A program made the position numbers and the translations under genes. This document shows positions 21,016 to 35,576 of a stretch of 64,000 nucleotides of DNA, piece after piece. This DNA comes from Malacoraja senta. Taxonomy: Eukaryota. How positions within the stretch are numbered: position 1 is the stretch's first letter; each line of letters begins with the position of its first letter. The notes under the pieces are model-generated. The model was not told the origin of the DNA. It saw nothing but the letters and a program-made list of their open reading frames with translations, and searched no databases. The DNA lies in the NCBI GenBank assembly GCA_038087875.1, contig CM075979.1, positions 45,818,001 to 45,882,000 of the forward strand. The letters run 5' to 3'.

Positions 21016-22174
21016 GTAAATATGACTTAGTGCCTCCAAAGCATGGTTTCGACAAGGCTAGGTTTTAAAATAGCCAATTTCTTCCCAGCTGTTATCACGC
21101 AATTGAACCGCAATTGAAGTTGGTCATCTCACCAACTAGATTGCAGTCCTGACCTCCCATCCAACTTTATCTTGCACTAAATGTTGTACCCTTTAAATTT
21201 ATACGTCGTGGGAGCAGAATTAGACCATTCGGCCCATTGAATCTACTCCGCCATTCAATCATGGTGGTTGCACCTTGCACTCTCAACCCCATTCTCCTGC
21301 CTTTATCTGTTCACTTTGGACAGTTTGATTTTACCATGTATAGTCCTTCCGCTGACTAGTCTTCTGCTGACTGGATAGCATGCAACAAAAAACTTTTCAC
21401 ATGTGACAATAAACTAAACTAATCCATTGGATCATATTGCCCATTCCTGGCAAAATGTCATGTAATACAATGTGCTGGAGTGACTCAGCGGGTCAGGCAG
21501 CATCTATGGAGAACATGCATAGGGGTGACGTTTTCGGTCGGGTCCCTCCTTCAGACTGATTGTACTGGGTGGAGGAAATCTCATAAACTCCACTATCGTG
21601 TAGGAAGGAACTGAGACTGATCGCCTGTCGGTACCTGTACTTGGTTTACAGGTACCTGTAATACCTGTAAACTCCACTATCATATCTGCCTCCACCACTA
21701 ATCCGCGCGGCGCTGACTGCCAGGTGAAGAGATCGATCTGCGCACGCGCGTTTTTAAAGATTTATAAACCTCGCTAGCTTTTACGACATTCAACCGATCT
21801 GAACGAAACTTGGTGCAATCGCAGCACAGGAGGACAGTGAGTGAACTGGCGAAAAAATCGTAGCGCTATCGCGAACCATATTTGCGTAAATAGAATGACC
21901 GCCAAACCGGAAGATAAAAAGGTCAGAGTTTTAGGTATGTATAGATAGATAGAAGATATCAGGTTTCCCCTCAATCTCTGTCATTCCAGAGAAAACAATT
22001 CAAGTTTGTTCAATCTGTCCCTGTAGGTTATGTGCCTAATTCAGGCTGTTAACCACAATGACCTTGCAGTTTGATGCAAGGCAAGGAGATCAGGAAAATG
22101 TAGGTGTGTTAGAGTAACTAACACAGCAGCGCGTGATGTGAACGTTCTTGAGTTTTGTTGAAGGGACATTGACT

Positions 22175-23600
22175 CTTTTTTTTTTTCTTCTTTTTTTTTC
22201 TTTTGTTTTTTATTTATTAGAAGTACATTACATTACAACCACATACATTAATACTCGTCATTTATATCTTCTTACAATTAATGTACTCCCTTTATTTATT
22301 TTTTTACACTAGAAAAAGAAAAGATTGAAAGAGAGAAGAAAGTGAAGGAAAAAGTGCAAGTGTAGAAAAGTGTAGAAAATGTAACAACAAAAAAGGACGA
22401 AGACCCTATAAGAGCGAAATTAAAAACAAAAAGAAAAAGAGTTAAGAAATAGGCCCTAAGAAAAGAAAAGAGAAAGAGAAAAAAAGAGAAACAAATTTTT
22501 TTTTTTTGAGCATCACGTAAATAGGACATACCAACTCTTCAACTATCATCCCCCCTTACCTGACCTCAATTTTGTATTTTTTTTAAAGTACTTTTGCACC
22601 CTATGTTTGTAATAATTCTATAAATGCAGACCACGTCAGGTGGAAGTGATCTGGTTTACCTGCTAGGAGGAGTCTTATCTCTTCTAGGTGTAATGTTTCA
22701 AACATATTTGAAATCCACATATTTATAGTTGGTATTGGAGCCTTCTTCCAAAATTTTAGAATTAGCTTTTTTCCAGTTATTAACCCATAGTCCATTAATT
22801 TCTTTTGAAACACATTTAGTTCTGGATCATCTTCCGTTATTCCGAAGATAATCCATTCTGCTTTGGGTATCAGTCTTGTTTTAAATAACTTTGTAAAGAT
22901 TTCAAAAATTTCATTCCAAAATTTTTGAATTTTTGTACAGAAGACAAATGAGTGCGCTATAGTTGCTTCTTGGGATTGACATTTATCACAAATAGATGAT
23001 ACGTTTGGGGAAATTTTATGAATTTTAGTTTTCGAATAATATAATCTATGTAAAATTTTAAATTGTATTAAAGTGTGTCTTACATTAATCGAGCATTTAT
23101 GCACGTTTAATAAGTATTCATTCCAACTTTCCTTTGAAATTTTAATAGCTAACTCTTGTTCCCAGTCTCTTCTGATACCCTCCGTAGATGGTATTTGTGC
23201 ATTTAAGATAATATTATACAAATATGATATTAAGTTTGCTGATTCCGCTTTTATCTGCATTGCCTCGTCCAGTACATCTGCTGGGTTATTATGATGATCT
23301 TTTATATATTTTTTCAAATAGTCGCATATTTGAAAGTATTTAAAATATTGATTATTTCCGAGTTTATATTTTATTTGTAATTGTTGAAATGAAAGTAATT
23401 TTCCAGTTTCATACGTCACCAAGCGTTTTAATTCCTAGTCTATCCCATTGTGTATAAGCTTTATCTATAATAGAAGGACTAAACGAAGGGTTATTGACTA
23501 TAGGTAATAAAAGTGATAAGTTTCTTAATTTTAAATTTTGTTTTATTTGTTTCCAAATACGGATTGTACTATGAATAATTGGGTTCTTATTATAGTTTAT
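22175..23600 (-). mobile_element. 5'-truncated L1-clade LINE (ORF2 C-terminus, 3'UTR, polyA)
   Basis: QFKILHRLY..CDKC..EATIAHSFVFC..IQKFW cysteine-rich domain. AATAAA and an A-rich tail on the minus strand near 22176-22216. Frameshift near 23410. Confidence 0.85.
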
Positions 23601-23799
23601 GTTATTGAATTTCATTGGAGAGAGGAGGATCGCTCCAATGTTTCTAGAGGAGCAATCCTCTTTCTCCATTACAATCCATTGACTCTGTTTCTCTCTCCAC
23701 AGATGCTGCCTGGTCTGCTGACTATTTCAAGAGGGATTTTGTACCAATATGTAAAGCTAACTTTAAATCTCATCATAAGCTGTGAACCTTGGAGGAGTT

Positions 23800-25345
23800 G
23801 GAGGACCAATCGCTGTAGGAGTTTCAGGAACTAAGGAACAAACTAAAAAAGGAGACCAGAAGGGCAAAAAGGGGCCAGGAGATAGCACTGGCCGGCAGCA
23901 TAAAAGACAATCCCAAAAGATTTTATAAATACATAAGAGGGAAAAGGTTAACTAGAGAGAGAGTGGGACCTCTCAGGAATAAAAGCGGTCACCTCTGTGT
24001 GGAGCCACAGGAGATGGGCAAGGTCCTCAATGAGTATTTCTCCTCTGTATTAACCAAGGAGAAAGACAGTAGGACAGAAGAAATGGGAGCAGTCACTGGA
24101 AGTGTCTTGAGCGCAGTCAGGGTTAATGTCGAGGAAGTACTGAAGGTGCTGTCGTATTTGACGGTAGACAAATCTCCGGGGCCTGGTCAGATATATCCGA
24201 GGACATTGCGGGAAACTAGAGAGGAAATTGCGGGAGCCCTGGTTGAAATTTATGTGTTGTCCTTAAATACAGGAGAGGTGCTTGAGGATTGGAGGTTTCA
24301 AATGGCATGCCTCCTTTCAAGAAGGGCTGCAGTGAAAATGCTGGGAACTATAGGCCGGTGAGCTCAACATCTGCAGTTGGTAAGTTACTGGACAGTATTC
24401 TGAAGGATAGGATATGCAGGCATTCAGATGGGCAAGGGCTGATTAGGGACAGTCAGCATGGTTTTGTACGTGGGAGGTCGTGTCTCACAAATCTGATTGA
24501 TTTTTTTGAAGACGTGAGCAAAAAGATTGATATGTGCACATGGACTTCAGTATGGACTTTGACAAGCTGCCACGTGGTTGGCTGCTCCAGAAGGCTAGAT
24601 CTCATGGGATCCAAGGAGAGATAGCTGAATGGATAGCTATTGGCTCCATGGAAGGAAGCAGAGGGTGATGGTGGAAGGTTGCTTCTCAGAATGGAGGCCT
24701 GTGACTAGTGGTGTGCCACAGGGTTCGGTGCTGGGCCCGTTACTGTTTGTCATCTATGTTAATGATTTGGATGAGAACATACAGGGCAAGATTAGCATGT
24801 TTGCTAATGATATAAAAGTTAGTGGTTTTGCAGATAGTGAAGATGGTTGTGAACAATTGCAGCAAGTTCTGGATCGATTGGCCAGGTGGGCGGAGGAATG
24901 GTTGGTGGAATTTAATACAGAGAAGTGTGAGGTGTCGAACAAGGGTAGGCCTCTGGGTTGTGTAATAGAGCAGAGGGATCTAGGAGTACAAGTGTATGGT
25001 TCCTTGAAGGTCGAGTCGCAGGTAGATAAGGTGGTCAAAAAGGCTTTTGGCAATTTGGCCTACATCAGTCAGTTGCAGTTTGGAGGTCATGTTGCAGTTG
25101 TATAAGACGTTGGTGAGGCTGCATTTTGAGCATTGTTTTTAGTTCTGGGCAAAATGTTATATGAATGATGTTGTCAAGCTGGAAAGGATACAGAAAAGAT
25201 TTACGAGAATGTTGCCAGGACTAGATGATGTGAGCTATAGGGAGAGGTTGAGTAGGCTGTTGTCTCTATTCCATGCAGCGTAGGAGAATGAGGGGTGATC
25301 TTATAGAGGTATACAAAATCATGAGAGGAATAGATCGGGTAGATG
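23800..25345 (+). mobile_element. Degenerate CR1 LINE
   Basis: KSPGPG.IYPR, GRSCLTNL and [10 protein letters not shown] motifs across frameshifted ORFs. Confidence 0.88.
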
Positions 25346-27313
25346 AACATGATATATACATCTGTTGCTTCCAATTACTGCCAATACACCGCATATTTTA
25401 ATTCAGAGCAATTTGATATTGGCAAGTTAGGCAAGATCATGACTCATCTTTGAGATTTACAGGAGCATTAGGAGCTTCCAACGGAATATCTAACTCATAG
25501 CATATAATGTACATAGAACAGTACAGCATAGATACAGGCCCCACGGCCCACAAAGTCTGTGCCAAACTTGATGTGAAGACTTAACTAATCTCTGCCTGCA
25601 TGTCCTCCATATCCTTCTGTTCCCAGTATATCTATGTGCCTATCTAAAAGCCTCTTAAACGCCACTATGGTATCTGCTTTCACTGCCACTCCTGGCAGCA
25701 TGTTCCAGGCACCCACCTCCTGTGCAGAAAAACCTGCCCTACACCTCTTTTAAACTATTGCGCTTCCAACCTTAAAGCTATGCCCTCTAATATTTGATAT
25801 AATGTTGGATATACATTTACTGATGATAACTGTAAGGTGCAGATACTCCATTCTGTAAAATGAAGGCTACAAAAGACCAGACATTTCAAGTAAAATTCTC
25901 CCTCATCTCACTGTCACAATTCTTCCCATTCCATTCCATTCAATTTCTTTAACATTATGTTCAAATGCCATTGACAAAAAACAGTCAACTTTTTTTCCCA
26001 GGGTAGGGGAATCTAGAACCAGCGGACACAGGTTTAAGGTGATAGGGGAAAGATTTAAAAGGTAACTGAGGGGCAGCTGTATCACACAGAGGGTGTATGG
26101 AACGAGCTGCCGGACGAGCTAGTTGAGACAGATACAATAACAACATTTAAAAGACATTTGGATAGGGACATGGATAGGAAAAGTTTAGAAGGATATGGGC
26201 CCAATGTGAGCTGGCGGGACTAGCTTCTTGGTCGGCATGGGCATGTTTGGCTGAAGGGCCTGTTTATGTGCTGTATGAATCTAATATATCTGGTAATCAG
26301 AATTACTGATCTGAAGAAGGATCGCAACCAGAAACGTCATCTCTCAATCCCCTCCAGAGATGCTGCCTGACCTGCTGAGTTCCTCCAGCACTTTGTATTT
26401 TGTTATCATCCCGAGTATTAATGCTGTAACCTGTAAATGCTTAAAAGTTGAAATACATTTTAAAAACATTTCAGATGCAATCTCAATATATTTTCAAAAT
26501 CATTGTTTTATCCCAGTCTTCCCAAAAGATTTTCTTAATGTTTCCATTATACTAAAATATTTGAGGATTTAAATGTTTCTTTGTGTAGGTGATTTTGAAT
26601 GTTTTCTGTAAAGATGATTTTTTTCATTAAAATATTTGCTATTAAATAACAATGCATTCCTAGAGTATTATTTTAGTTCCTTTCTTATGTATCTTGACCT
26701 AAATGATTTTAAAGCTATTTATGTTGCATAATTACTTGAAATAACCTATTATACATTGAAAAATGGCCAAGAGATGCTGAATATTGGTTAAACTTATTTT
26801 TGTTAATTTGTTTATTGTTTTGCGCTCTTACTGAGGATTAGATAACTATGATTGGCAATATTGGACATTCAAATATGTCCTATTTGACAACACAAGGAAC
26901 TGCAGACACTGGAATCTTGAGCAAAACACAAAGTGCTGGAGGAACTCATTGGGTCTGGCAGCATTTGTGGAGGGAATGACGTTTCAGGTCAGGACCCTTG
27001 TTCAGACTCATGAAACATCATGTGTCCATTTTCTCCATGGATGTTGCCTGTCCTGTGAAGTTCCTCCAGCACTTTGTCATTTACTCGTGACTTATTTGAC
27101 ATCCAGTAGGAGACAAGATCGTTTTACACCAAAGAAAGACCAACAAGCTGGAGTAACAGCAGAACAGGCAGCATCTCCGGAGTGAAGGAATGGGTGACAT
27201 TTCGGGTCGAGACCCTTCTCCAGTCTGAAGAAGGGTTTCGACCCGAAATGTCACCCATTCCTTCTCTACAGAGATGCTGCCCGTCCCACTGAGTTACTGC
27301 AGCTTTTTTTTGT

Positions 27314-30093
27314 CTATAGGGAGGTTGCACGCAGTCGAGGTCATGACCCGTGACCCATACTGTTGCCACGCAACGCCAACTGGAGTACACGTGATGAACT
27401 GCAGGTAAGCATTTACAATGGCTGGCAGGCACTTCTTCTGGCCCAGCATAGAAACATAGAAACATAGAAACATAGAAAATAGGTGCAGGAGTAGGCCATT
27501 CGGCCCTTCGAGCCTGCACCGCCTTTCGATATGATCATGGCTGATCATCCAACTCGGTATCCCATCCCTGCCTTCTCTCCATACCCCCTGATCCCTTTAG
27601 CCACAAGGGCCACATCTAACTCCCTCTTAAATATAGCCAATGAACTGGCCTCAACTACCTTCTGTGGCAGAGAATTCCACAGATTCACCACTCTGTGTAA
27701 AAAATGATTTTCTCATCTCGGTCCTAAAATACTTCCCTCTTATCCTTAAACTGTGACCCCTAGTTCTGGACTTCCCCAACATCGGGAATAATCTTCCTGC
27801 ATCTAGCCTGTCCAACGCCTTAAGAATTTTGTACGTTTCTATAAGATCCCCCCTCAATCTTCTAAATTCTAGCGTGTACAAGCCGAGTCTATCCAGTCTT
27901 TCTTCATATGAAACTCCTGCCATCCCAGGAATCAGTCTGGTGAACCTTCTCTGTACTCCCTCTATGGCAAGAATGTCTTTCCTCAGATTAGGAGACCAAA
28001 ACTGTACACAATACTCCAGGTGTGGTCTCACCAAGACCCTGTACAACTGCAGTAGAACCTCCCTGCTCTTATACTCAAATCCTTTTGCTATGAATGCCAA
28101 CATACCATTTGCTTTCTTCACTGCCTGCTGCACCTGCATGCCTACTTTCAATGCATCTCCCCTTTTCCTAATCGGCCACCATTCAGATAATAGTCTACTT
28201 TCCTGTTTTTGCCACAAAAGTGGATAACCTCACATTTATCCACATTATACTGCATCTGCCATGCATTTGCCCACTCACACAGCCTATCCAAGTCACCTTG
28301 GAGCCTCCTAGCATCCTCCTCACAGCTAACACTGCCCCCAGCTTCGTGTCATCCGCAAACGTGGAGATGTTGCATTCAATTCCCTCATCCAGATCATTAA
28401 TATATATTGTAAATAGCTGGGGTCCCAGCACTGAGCCTTGCGGTACCCCACTAGTCACTGCCTGCCATTCTGAAAAGGACCCGTTTACTCCTACTCTTTG
28501 CTTCCTGTCTGCCAGCCAGTTCTCTATCCACATCAATACTGAACCCCCAATACCGTGTGCTTTAAGTTTGTATACTAATCTCTTATGTGGGACCTTGTCA
28601 AAAGCCTTCTGAAAGTCCAGATATAACACATCCACTGGTTCTCCCTTATCCACTCTACTAGTTACATCCTCGAAAAATTCTATAAGATTCGTCAGACATG
28701 ATTTACCTTTCATAAATCCATGCTGACTTTGTGCAATGAATTCACCACTTTCCAAATGTGCTGCTATCCCATCTTTAATAACTGACTCCAGAATTTCCCC
28801 CACCACCGATGTTAGACTAACTGGCCTGTAATTCCCCGTTTTCTCTCTCCCTCCCTTTTTAAAAAGTGGGGTTACATTAGCTACACTCCAGTCCTCAGGA
28901 ACTACTCCAGAATCTAAAGAGTTTTGAAAAATTATCACTAATGCATCCACTATTTCTGGGGCTACTTCCATAAGCGCTCTGGGATGCAACTTATCTGGCC
29001 CTGGGGATTTATTGGCCTTTAATCCATTCAATTTACCTAACACCACTTCCCGGCTAACCTGGATTTCACTCAGTTCCTCCATCTCATTTAACCCCCGGTC
29101 CCTTGCTATTTCCGGCAGATTATTTATGTCTTCCTTAGTGAAGACAGAACCAAAGTAGTTATTCAATTGGTCTGCCAAGACCTTGTTCCCCATGATCAAT
29201 TCGCCTGTTTCTGACTGCAAGGGACCTACATTTGTTTTAACTAATCTTTTCCTCTTCACATATCTATAAAAACTTTTGGAGTCAGTTTTTATGTTCCCTG
29301 CCAGTTTTCTTTCATAATCTATTTTTCCTTTCCTAATTAAGCCTTTTGTCCTCCTCTGCTGGACTCTGAATTTCTCCCAGTCCTCTGGTAGGCTGCTTTT
29401 TCTGGCTAATTTGTACGCTTCATCTTTTGTTTTGATACTATCCCTGATTTCCCTTGTTATCCACGGATGCACTACCTTCCCCGATTTATTCTTTTGCCAA
29501 ACTGGGATGAAGCATCCGGACTGGTTGCACACTCGCGGACCCTGGGCCGTCTATCCCCACGGCCGGGGGTAGGAGGAGGTGGTTCGGGGGGGGGAGGTCG
29601 GGGTGTCGGTGCAGCGCGGTCAATGACTCTGGGTGGGCGGAGGGAGCAGACCGTCCCCAACTCTGCTGCAGCTGACGTTGCCTCGAGCTGCGGCCCCACT
29701 CCCCCCGGCCCCGCTCCCCCCGGCCCCGTGTTGGCGCTGCCAACCCACAGCCATTGACAGTGGGGCCCACAGGGGGAGAGGGGGAGGAGGGCGGTCGTTG
29801 CCGGACAGCGCTGACCCCGGGGGGAGATGTCCCGAGGGATGCGCTCCTTCGGCTGCTTACACCTTGGTGCTCGGGTTCAGAGCAAAGATACTGATACCTT
29901 CCCGCTTTCAATGACAGTACCCATAAATATTTATAGCGCAGAAAATGACAATTTCGGCGTTTTGTAACAGGTAAGAAGGTATACGTTCCGTGTGTTAAGT
30001 GTGTGCCGGAAGCTGCCATGTCCTCCACATGGATTGAGTTGCTCCGTGCGTCACGCCCTTTGACCCGATGACCTTACGTGCAACCCCCCTATA
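27314..30093. mobile_element. TIR-bounded non-autonomous DNA element (about 0.7 kb net) containing a CR1 insertion
   Basis: CTATAGGGAGGTTGCACG (27314-27331) and CGTGCAACCCCCTATAG (30077-30093) are inverted repeats with TATA on both outer sides. Confidence 0.65.
27447..29511 (-). mobile_element. 5'-truncated CR1 LINE
   Basis: RT ORFs with FADD and a (CATAGAAA)n tail. Confidence 0.92.
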
Positions 30094-32237
30094 GAAAATA
30101 GGTGCAGGAGTAGGCCATTCGGCCCTTCGTGCCAGCACTGCTCGGTTTTTAGCTTGAATCAGCATCTGCAGTTCCATCCTACACCAGCTTTTTACGTTAT
30201 GCCCCCATTATAAAACCTTTTAAAATTTCAGTTCCCACTTTGAACCACAAAGTTCCCCACAGATGCACAGTGACGCAACTGGTAGAGCTGCTGTCACAGC
30301 GTCAGAGGCCCGGGTCCGGTCCGGACTAGTTCTGGACCTGTTTCCGTGTTGCATTTCTCAATCAATTGACAAACTAGTTGACAGATGTTCAGTTATCATC
30401 ACAACAATTCAATCGCCAGTTCTACATTCTCTACATTATCTTTGTTATTAGGAGTATAAACACTCGATGTGATTTGAGTTTGCGGAGATTCTCCCAAGCG
30501 GGAGGTAGTCTGCTACCAAGTGCTCTCCCCAATGTTGGCCTCTGTTGACAAAAAACTCTCATTTGTCATCTCTCTGTCCGACTGCTCTCTCTGGCACGGT
30601 GGCACAGCGGTAGAGTTGCTGCCTTATAGCGCCACAGACCCGGGTTCATCCTGACTACGGGTGCAGTCTGCATGGAGTTTGTACTTTCTCCCTGTGACCA
30701 TGTGGGTTTTATCAGGGATCTCCGGTTTCCCCCCCAAGCTCCAAAGACATACAGGTTTGTAGGTTAATTGGCTTCAGTTAAAAAAAAAGGCCACAAAAGA
30801 CCAGACATTTCATGTAAAATTCTCCCTCATCTCACTGTCACAATTCTTCCCATTCCATTCCATTCAATTTCTTTAACATTATGTTCAAATGCCATTGACA
30901 AAAAACAGTCAACTTTTTTTCCCAGGGTAGGGGAATCTAGAACCAGCGGACACAGGTTTAAGGTGATAGGGGAAAGATTTAAAAGGTAACTGAGGGGCAG
31001 CTGTATCACACAGAGGGTGTATGGAACAAGCTGCCGGACGAGCTAGTTGAGACAGATACAATAACAACATTTAAAAGACATTTGGATAGGGACATGGATA
31101 GGAAAAGTTTAGAAGGATATGGGCCCAATGTGAGCTGGCGGGACTAGCTTCTTGGTCGGCATGGGCATGTTTGGCTGAAGGGCCTGTTTATGTGCTGTAT
31201 GAATCTAATATATCTGGTAATCAGAATTACTGATCTGAAGAAGGATCGCAACCAGAAACGTCATCTCTCAATCCCCTCCAGAGATGCTGCCTGACCTGCT
31301 GAGTTCCTCCAGCACTTTGTATTTTGTTATCATCCCGAGTATTAATGCTGTAACCTGTAAATGCTTAAAAGTTGAAATACATTTTAAAAACATTTCAGAT
31401 GCAATCTCAATATATTTTCAAAATCATTGTTTTATCCCAGTCTTCCCAAAAGATTTTCTTAATGTTTCCATTATACTAAAATATTTGAGGATTTAAATGT
31501 TTCTTTGTGTAGGTGATTTTGAATGTTTTCTGTAAAGATGATTTTTTTCATTAAAATATTTGCTATTAAATAACAATGCATTCCTAGAGTATTATTTTAG
31601 TTCCTTTCTTATGTATCTTGACCTAAATGATTTTAAAGCTATTTATGTTGCATAATTACTTGAAATAACCTATTATACATTGAAAAATGGCCAAGAGATG
31701 CTGAATATTGGTTAAACTTATTTTCGTTAATTTGTTTATTGTTTTGCGCTCTTACTGAGGATTAGATAACTATGATGGGCAATATTGGACATTCAAATAT
31801 GTCCTATTTGACAACACAAGGAACTGCAGACACTGGAATCTTGAGCAAAACACAAAGTGCTGGAGGAACTCATTGGGTCTGGCAGCATTTGTGGAGGGAA
31901 TGACGTTTCAGGTCAGGACCCTTGTTCAGACTCATGAAACATCATGTGTCCATTTTCTCCATGGATGTTGCCTGTCCTGTGAAGTTCCTCCAGCACTTTG
32001 TCATTTACTCGTGACTTATTTGACATCCAGTAGGAGACAAGATCGTTTTACACCAAAGAAAGACCAACAAGCTGGAGTAACAGCAGAACAGGCAGCATCT
32101 CCGGAGTGAAGGAATGGGTGACATTTCGGGTCGAGACCCTTCTCCAGTCTGAAGAAGGGTTTCGACCCGAAACGTCACCCATTCCTTCTCTACAGAGATG
32201 CTGCCCGTCCCACTGAGTTACTGCAGCTTTTTTTTGT

Positions 32238-35079
32238 CTATAGGGAGGTTGCACGCAGTCGAGGTCATGACCCGTGACCCATACTGTTGCCACGCAACGC
32301 CAACTGGAGTACACGTGATGAACTGCAGGTAAGCATTTACAATGGCTGGCAGGCACTTCTTCTGCCCCAGCATAGAAACATAGAAACATAGAAAATAGGT
32401 GCAGGAGTAGGCCATTCGGCCCTTCGAGCCTGCACCGCCTTTCGATATGATCATGGCTGATCATCCAACTCGGTATCCCATCTCTGCCTTCTCTCCATAC
32501 CCCCTGATCCCTTTAGCCACAAGGGCCACATCTAAATCCCTCTTAAATATAGCCAATGAACTGGCCTCAACTACCTTCTGTGGCAGAGAATTCCACAGAT
32601 TCACCACTCTGTGTAAAAAATGATTTTCTCATCTCGGTCCTAAAAGACTTCCCTCTTATCCTTAAACTGTGACCCCTAGTTCTGGACTTCCCCAACATCG
32701 GGAATAATCTTCCTGCATCTAGCCTGTCCAACGCCTTAAGAATTTTGTACGTTTCTATAAGATCCCCCCTCAATCTTCTAAATTCTAGCGAGTACAAGCC
32801 GAGTCTATCCAGTCTTTCTTCATATGAAACTCCTGCCATCCCAGGAATCAGTCTCGTGAACCTTCTCTGTACTCCCTCTATGGCAAGAATGTCTTTCCTC
32901 GGATTAGGAGACCAAAACTGTACACAATACTCCAGGTGTGGTCTCACCAAGACCCTGTACAACTGCAGTAGAACCTCCCTGCTCTTATACTCAAATCCTT
33001 TTGCTATGAATGCTAACATACCATTTGCTTTCTTCACTGCTAACATACCATTTGCATGCTGCACCTGCATGCCTACTTTCAATGACTGGTGTACCATAAG
33101 ACCCAGGTCTCGTTGCATCTCCCCTTTTCCTAATCGGCCACCATTCAGATAATAGTCTACTTTCCTGTTTTTGCCACGAAAGTGGATAACCTCACATTTA
33201 TCCACATTATACTGCATCTGCCATGCATTTGCCCACTCACACAACCTATCCAAGTCACCTTGGAGCCTCCTAGCATCCTCCTCACAGCTAACACTGCCAC
33301 CCAGCTTCGTGTCATCCGCAAACGTGGAGATGTTGCATTCAATTCCCTCATCCAGATCATTAATATATATTGTAAATAGCTGGGGTCCCAGCACTGAGCC
33401 TTGCGGTACCCCACTAGTCACTGCCTGCCATTCTGAAAAGGACCCGTTTACTCCTACTCTTTGCTTCCTGTCTGCCAGCCAGTTCTCTATCCACATCAAT
33501 ACTGAACCCCCAATACCGTGTGCTTTAAGTTTGTATACTAATCTCTTATGTGGGACCTTGTCGAAAGCCTTCTGAAAGTCCAGATATAACACATCCACTG
33601 GTTCTCCCTTATCCACTCTACTAGTTACATCCTCGAAAAATTCTATAAAATTCGTCAGACATGATTTACCTTTCATAAATCCATGCTGACTTTGTGCAAT
33701 GAATTCACCACTTTCCAAATGTGCTGCTATCCCATCTTTAATAACTGACTCCAGAATTCCCCCCACCACCGATGTTAGACTAACTGGTCTGTAATTCCCC
33801 GTTTTCTCTCTCCCTCCCTTTTTAAAAAGTGGGGTTACATTAGCTACCCTGTCCTCAGGAACTACTCCAGAATCTAAAGAGTTTAAAAAAATTATCACTA
33901 ATGCATCCACTATTTCTGCGGCTACTTCCATAAGCGCTCTGGGATGCAACTTATCTGGCCCTGGGGATTTATCGGCCTTTAATCCATTCAATTTACCTAA
34001 CACCACTTCCCGGCTAACCTGGATTTCACTCAGTTCCTCCATCTCATTTAACCCCCGGTCCCTTGCTATTTCCGGCAGATTATTTATGTCTTCCTTAGTG
34101 AAGACAGAACCAAAGTAGTTATTCAATTGGTCTGCCAAGTCCTTGTTCCCCATGATCAATTCGCCTGTTTCTGACTGCAAGGGACCTACATTTGTTTTAA
34201 CTAATCTTTTCCTCTTCACATATCTATAAAAACTTTTGGAGTCAGTTTTTATGTTCCCTGCCAGTTTTCTTTCATAATCTATTTTTCCTTTCCTAATTAA
34301 GCCTTTTGTCCTCCTCTGCTGGACTCTGAATTTCTCCCAGTCCTCTGGTAGGCTGCTTTTTCTGGCTAATTTGTACGCTTCATCTTTTGTTTTGATACTA
34401 TCCCTGATTTCCCTTGTTATCCACGGATGCACTACCTTCCCCGATTTATTCTTTTGCCAAACCGGGATGAAGCATCCGGACTGGTTGCACACTCGCGGAC
34501 CCTGGGCCGTCTATCCCCACGGCCGGGGGTAGGAGGAGGTGGTTCGGGGGGGGGGGAGATCGGGGTGTCGGTGCAGTGCGGTCAATGACTCTGGGTGGGC
34601 GGAGGGAGCAGACCGTCCCCAACTCTGCTGCAGCTGACGTTGCCTGGAGCTGCGGCCCCACTCCCCCCGGCCCCGCTCCCCCCGGCCCCGCTCCTCCCGG
34701 CCCCGTGTTGGCGCTGCCGACCCACAGCCATTGACAGTGGGGCCCACAGGGGGAGAGGGGGAGGAGGGCAGTCGTTGCCGGACAGCGCTGACCCCGGGGG
34801 TAGAGTGGGGGATGTCCCGAGGGATGCGCTCCTTCGTCCGCTTACACCTTGGTGCTCGGGTTCAGAGCAAAGATACTGATACCTTCCCGCTTTCAATGAC
34901 AGTACCCATAAATATTTATAGCGCAGAAAATGACAATTTCGGCGTTTTGTAACAGGTAAGAAGGTATACGTTCCATGTGTTAAGTGTGTGCCGGAAGCTG
35001 CCATGTCCTCCACATGGATTGAGTTGCTCCGTGCGTCACGCCCTTTGACCCGATGACCTTACGTGCAACCCCCCTATAG
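32238..35079. mobile_element. Second copy of the TIR-bounded element
   Basis: 18-bp TIRs with one mismatch (32238-32255 and 35062-35079). Confidence 0.65.
32371..34471 (-). mobile_element. 5'-truncated CR1 LINE, 641-aa open RT frame
   Basis: Duplicate of 27447-29511 with a continuous ORF. Confidence 0.92.
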
Positions 35080-35576
35080 AAAATAGGTGCAGGAGTAGGC
35101 CATTCGGCCCTTCGTGCCAGCACCGCTCGGTTTTTAGCTTGAATCAGCATCTGCAGTTCCATCCTACACCAGCTTTTTACGTTATGCCCCCATTATAAAA
35201 CCTTTTAAAATTTCAGTTCCCACTTTGAACCACAAAGTTCCCCACAGATGCACAGTGACGCAACTGGTAGAGCTGCTGTCACAGCATCAGAGGCCCGGGT
35301 CCGGTCCGGACTAGTTCTGGGCCTGTTTCCGTGTTGCATTTCTCAATCAATTGACAAACTAGTTGACAGATGTTCAGTTATCATCACAACAATTCAATCG
35401 CCAGTTCTACATTCTCTACATTATCTTTGTTATTAGGAGTATAAACACTCGATGTGATTTGAGTTTGCGGAGATTCTCCCAAGCGGGAGGTAGTCTGCTA
35501 CCAAGTGCTCTCCCCAATGTTGGCCTCTGTTGACAAAAAACTCTAATTTGTCATCTCTCTGTCCGACTGCTCTCTC

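Noticed and set aside
25416-25463. Possible extra terminal coding exon (CAG|AG.., EQFDIGKLGKIMTHL-stop)
   Set aside because: Too short, no recognisable motif, weak acceptor, and it lies after the stop at 21012-21014.
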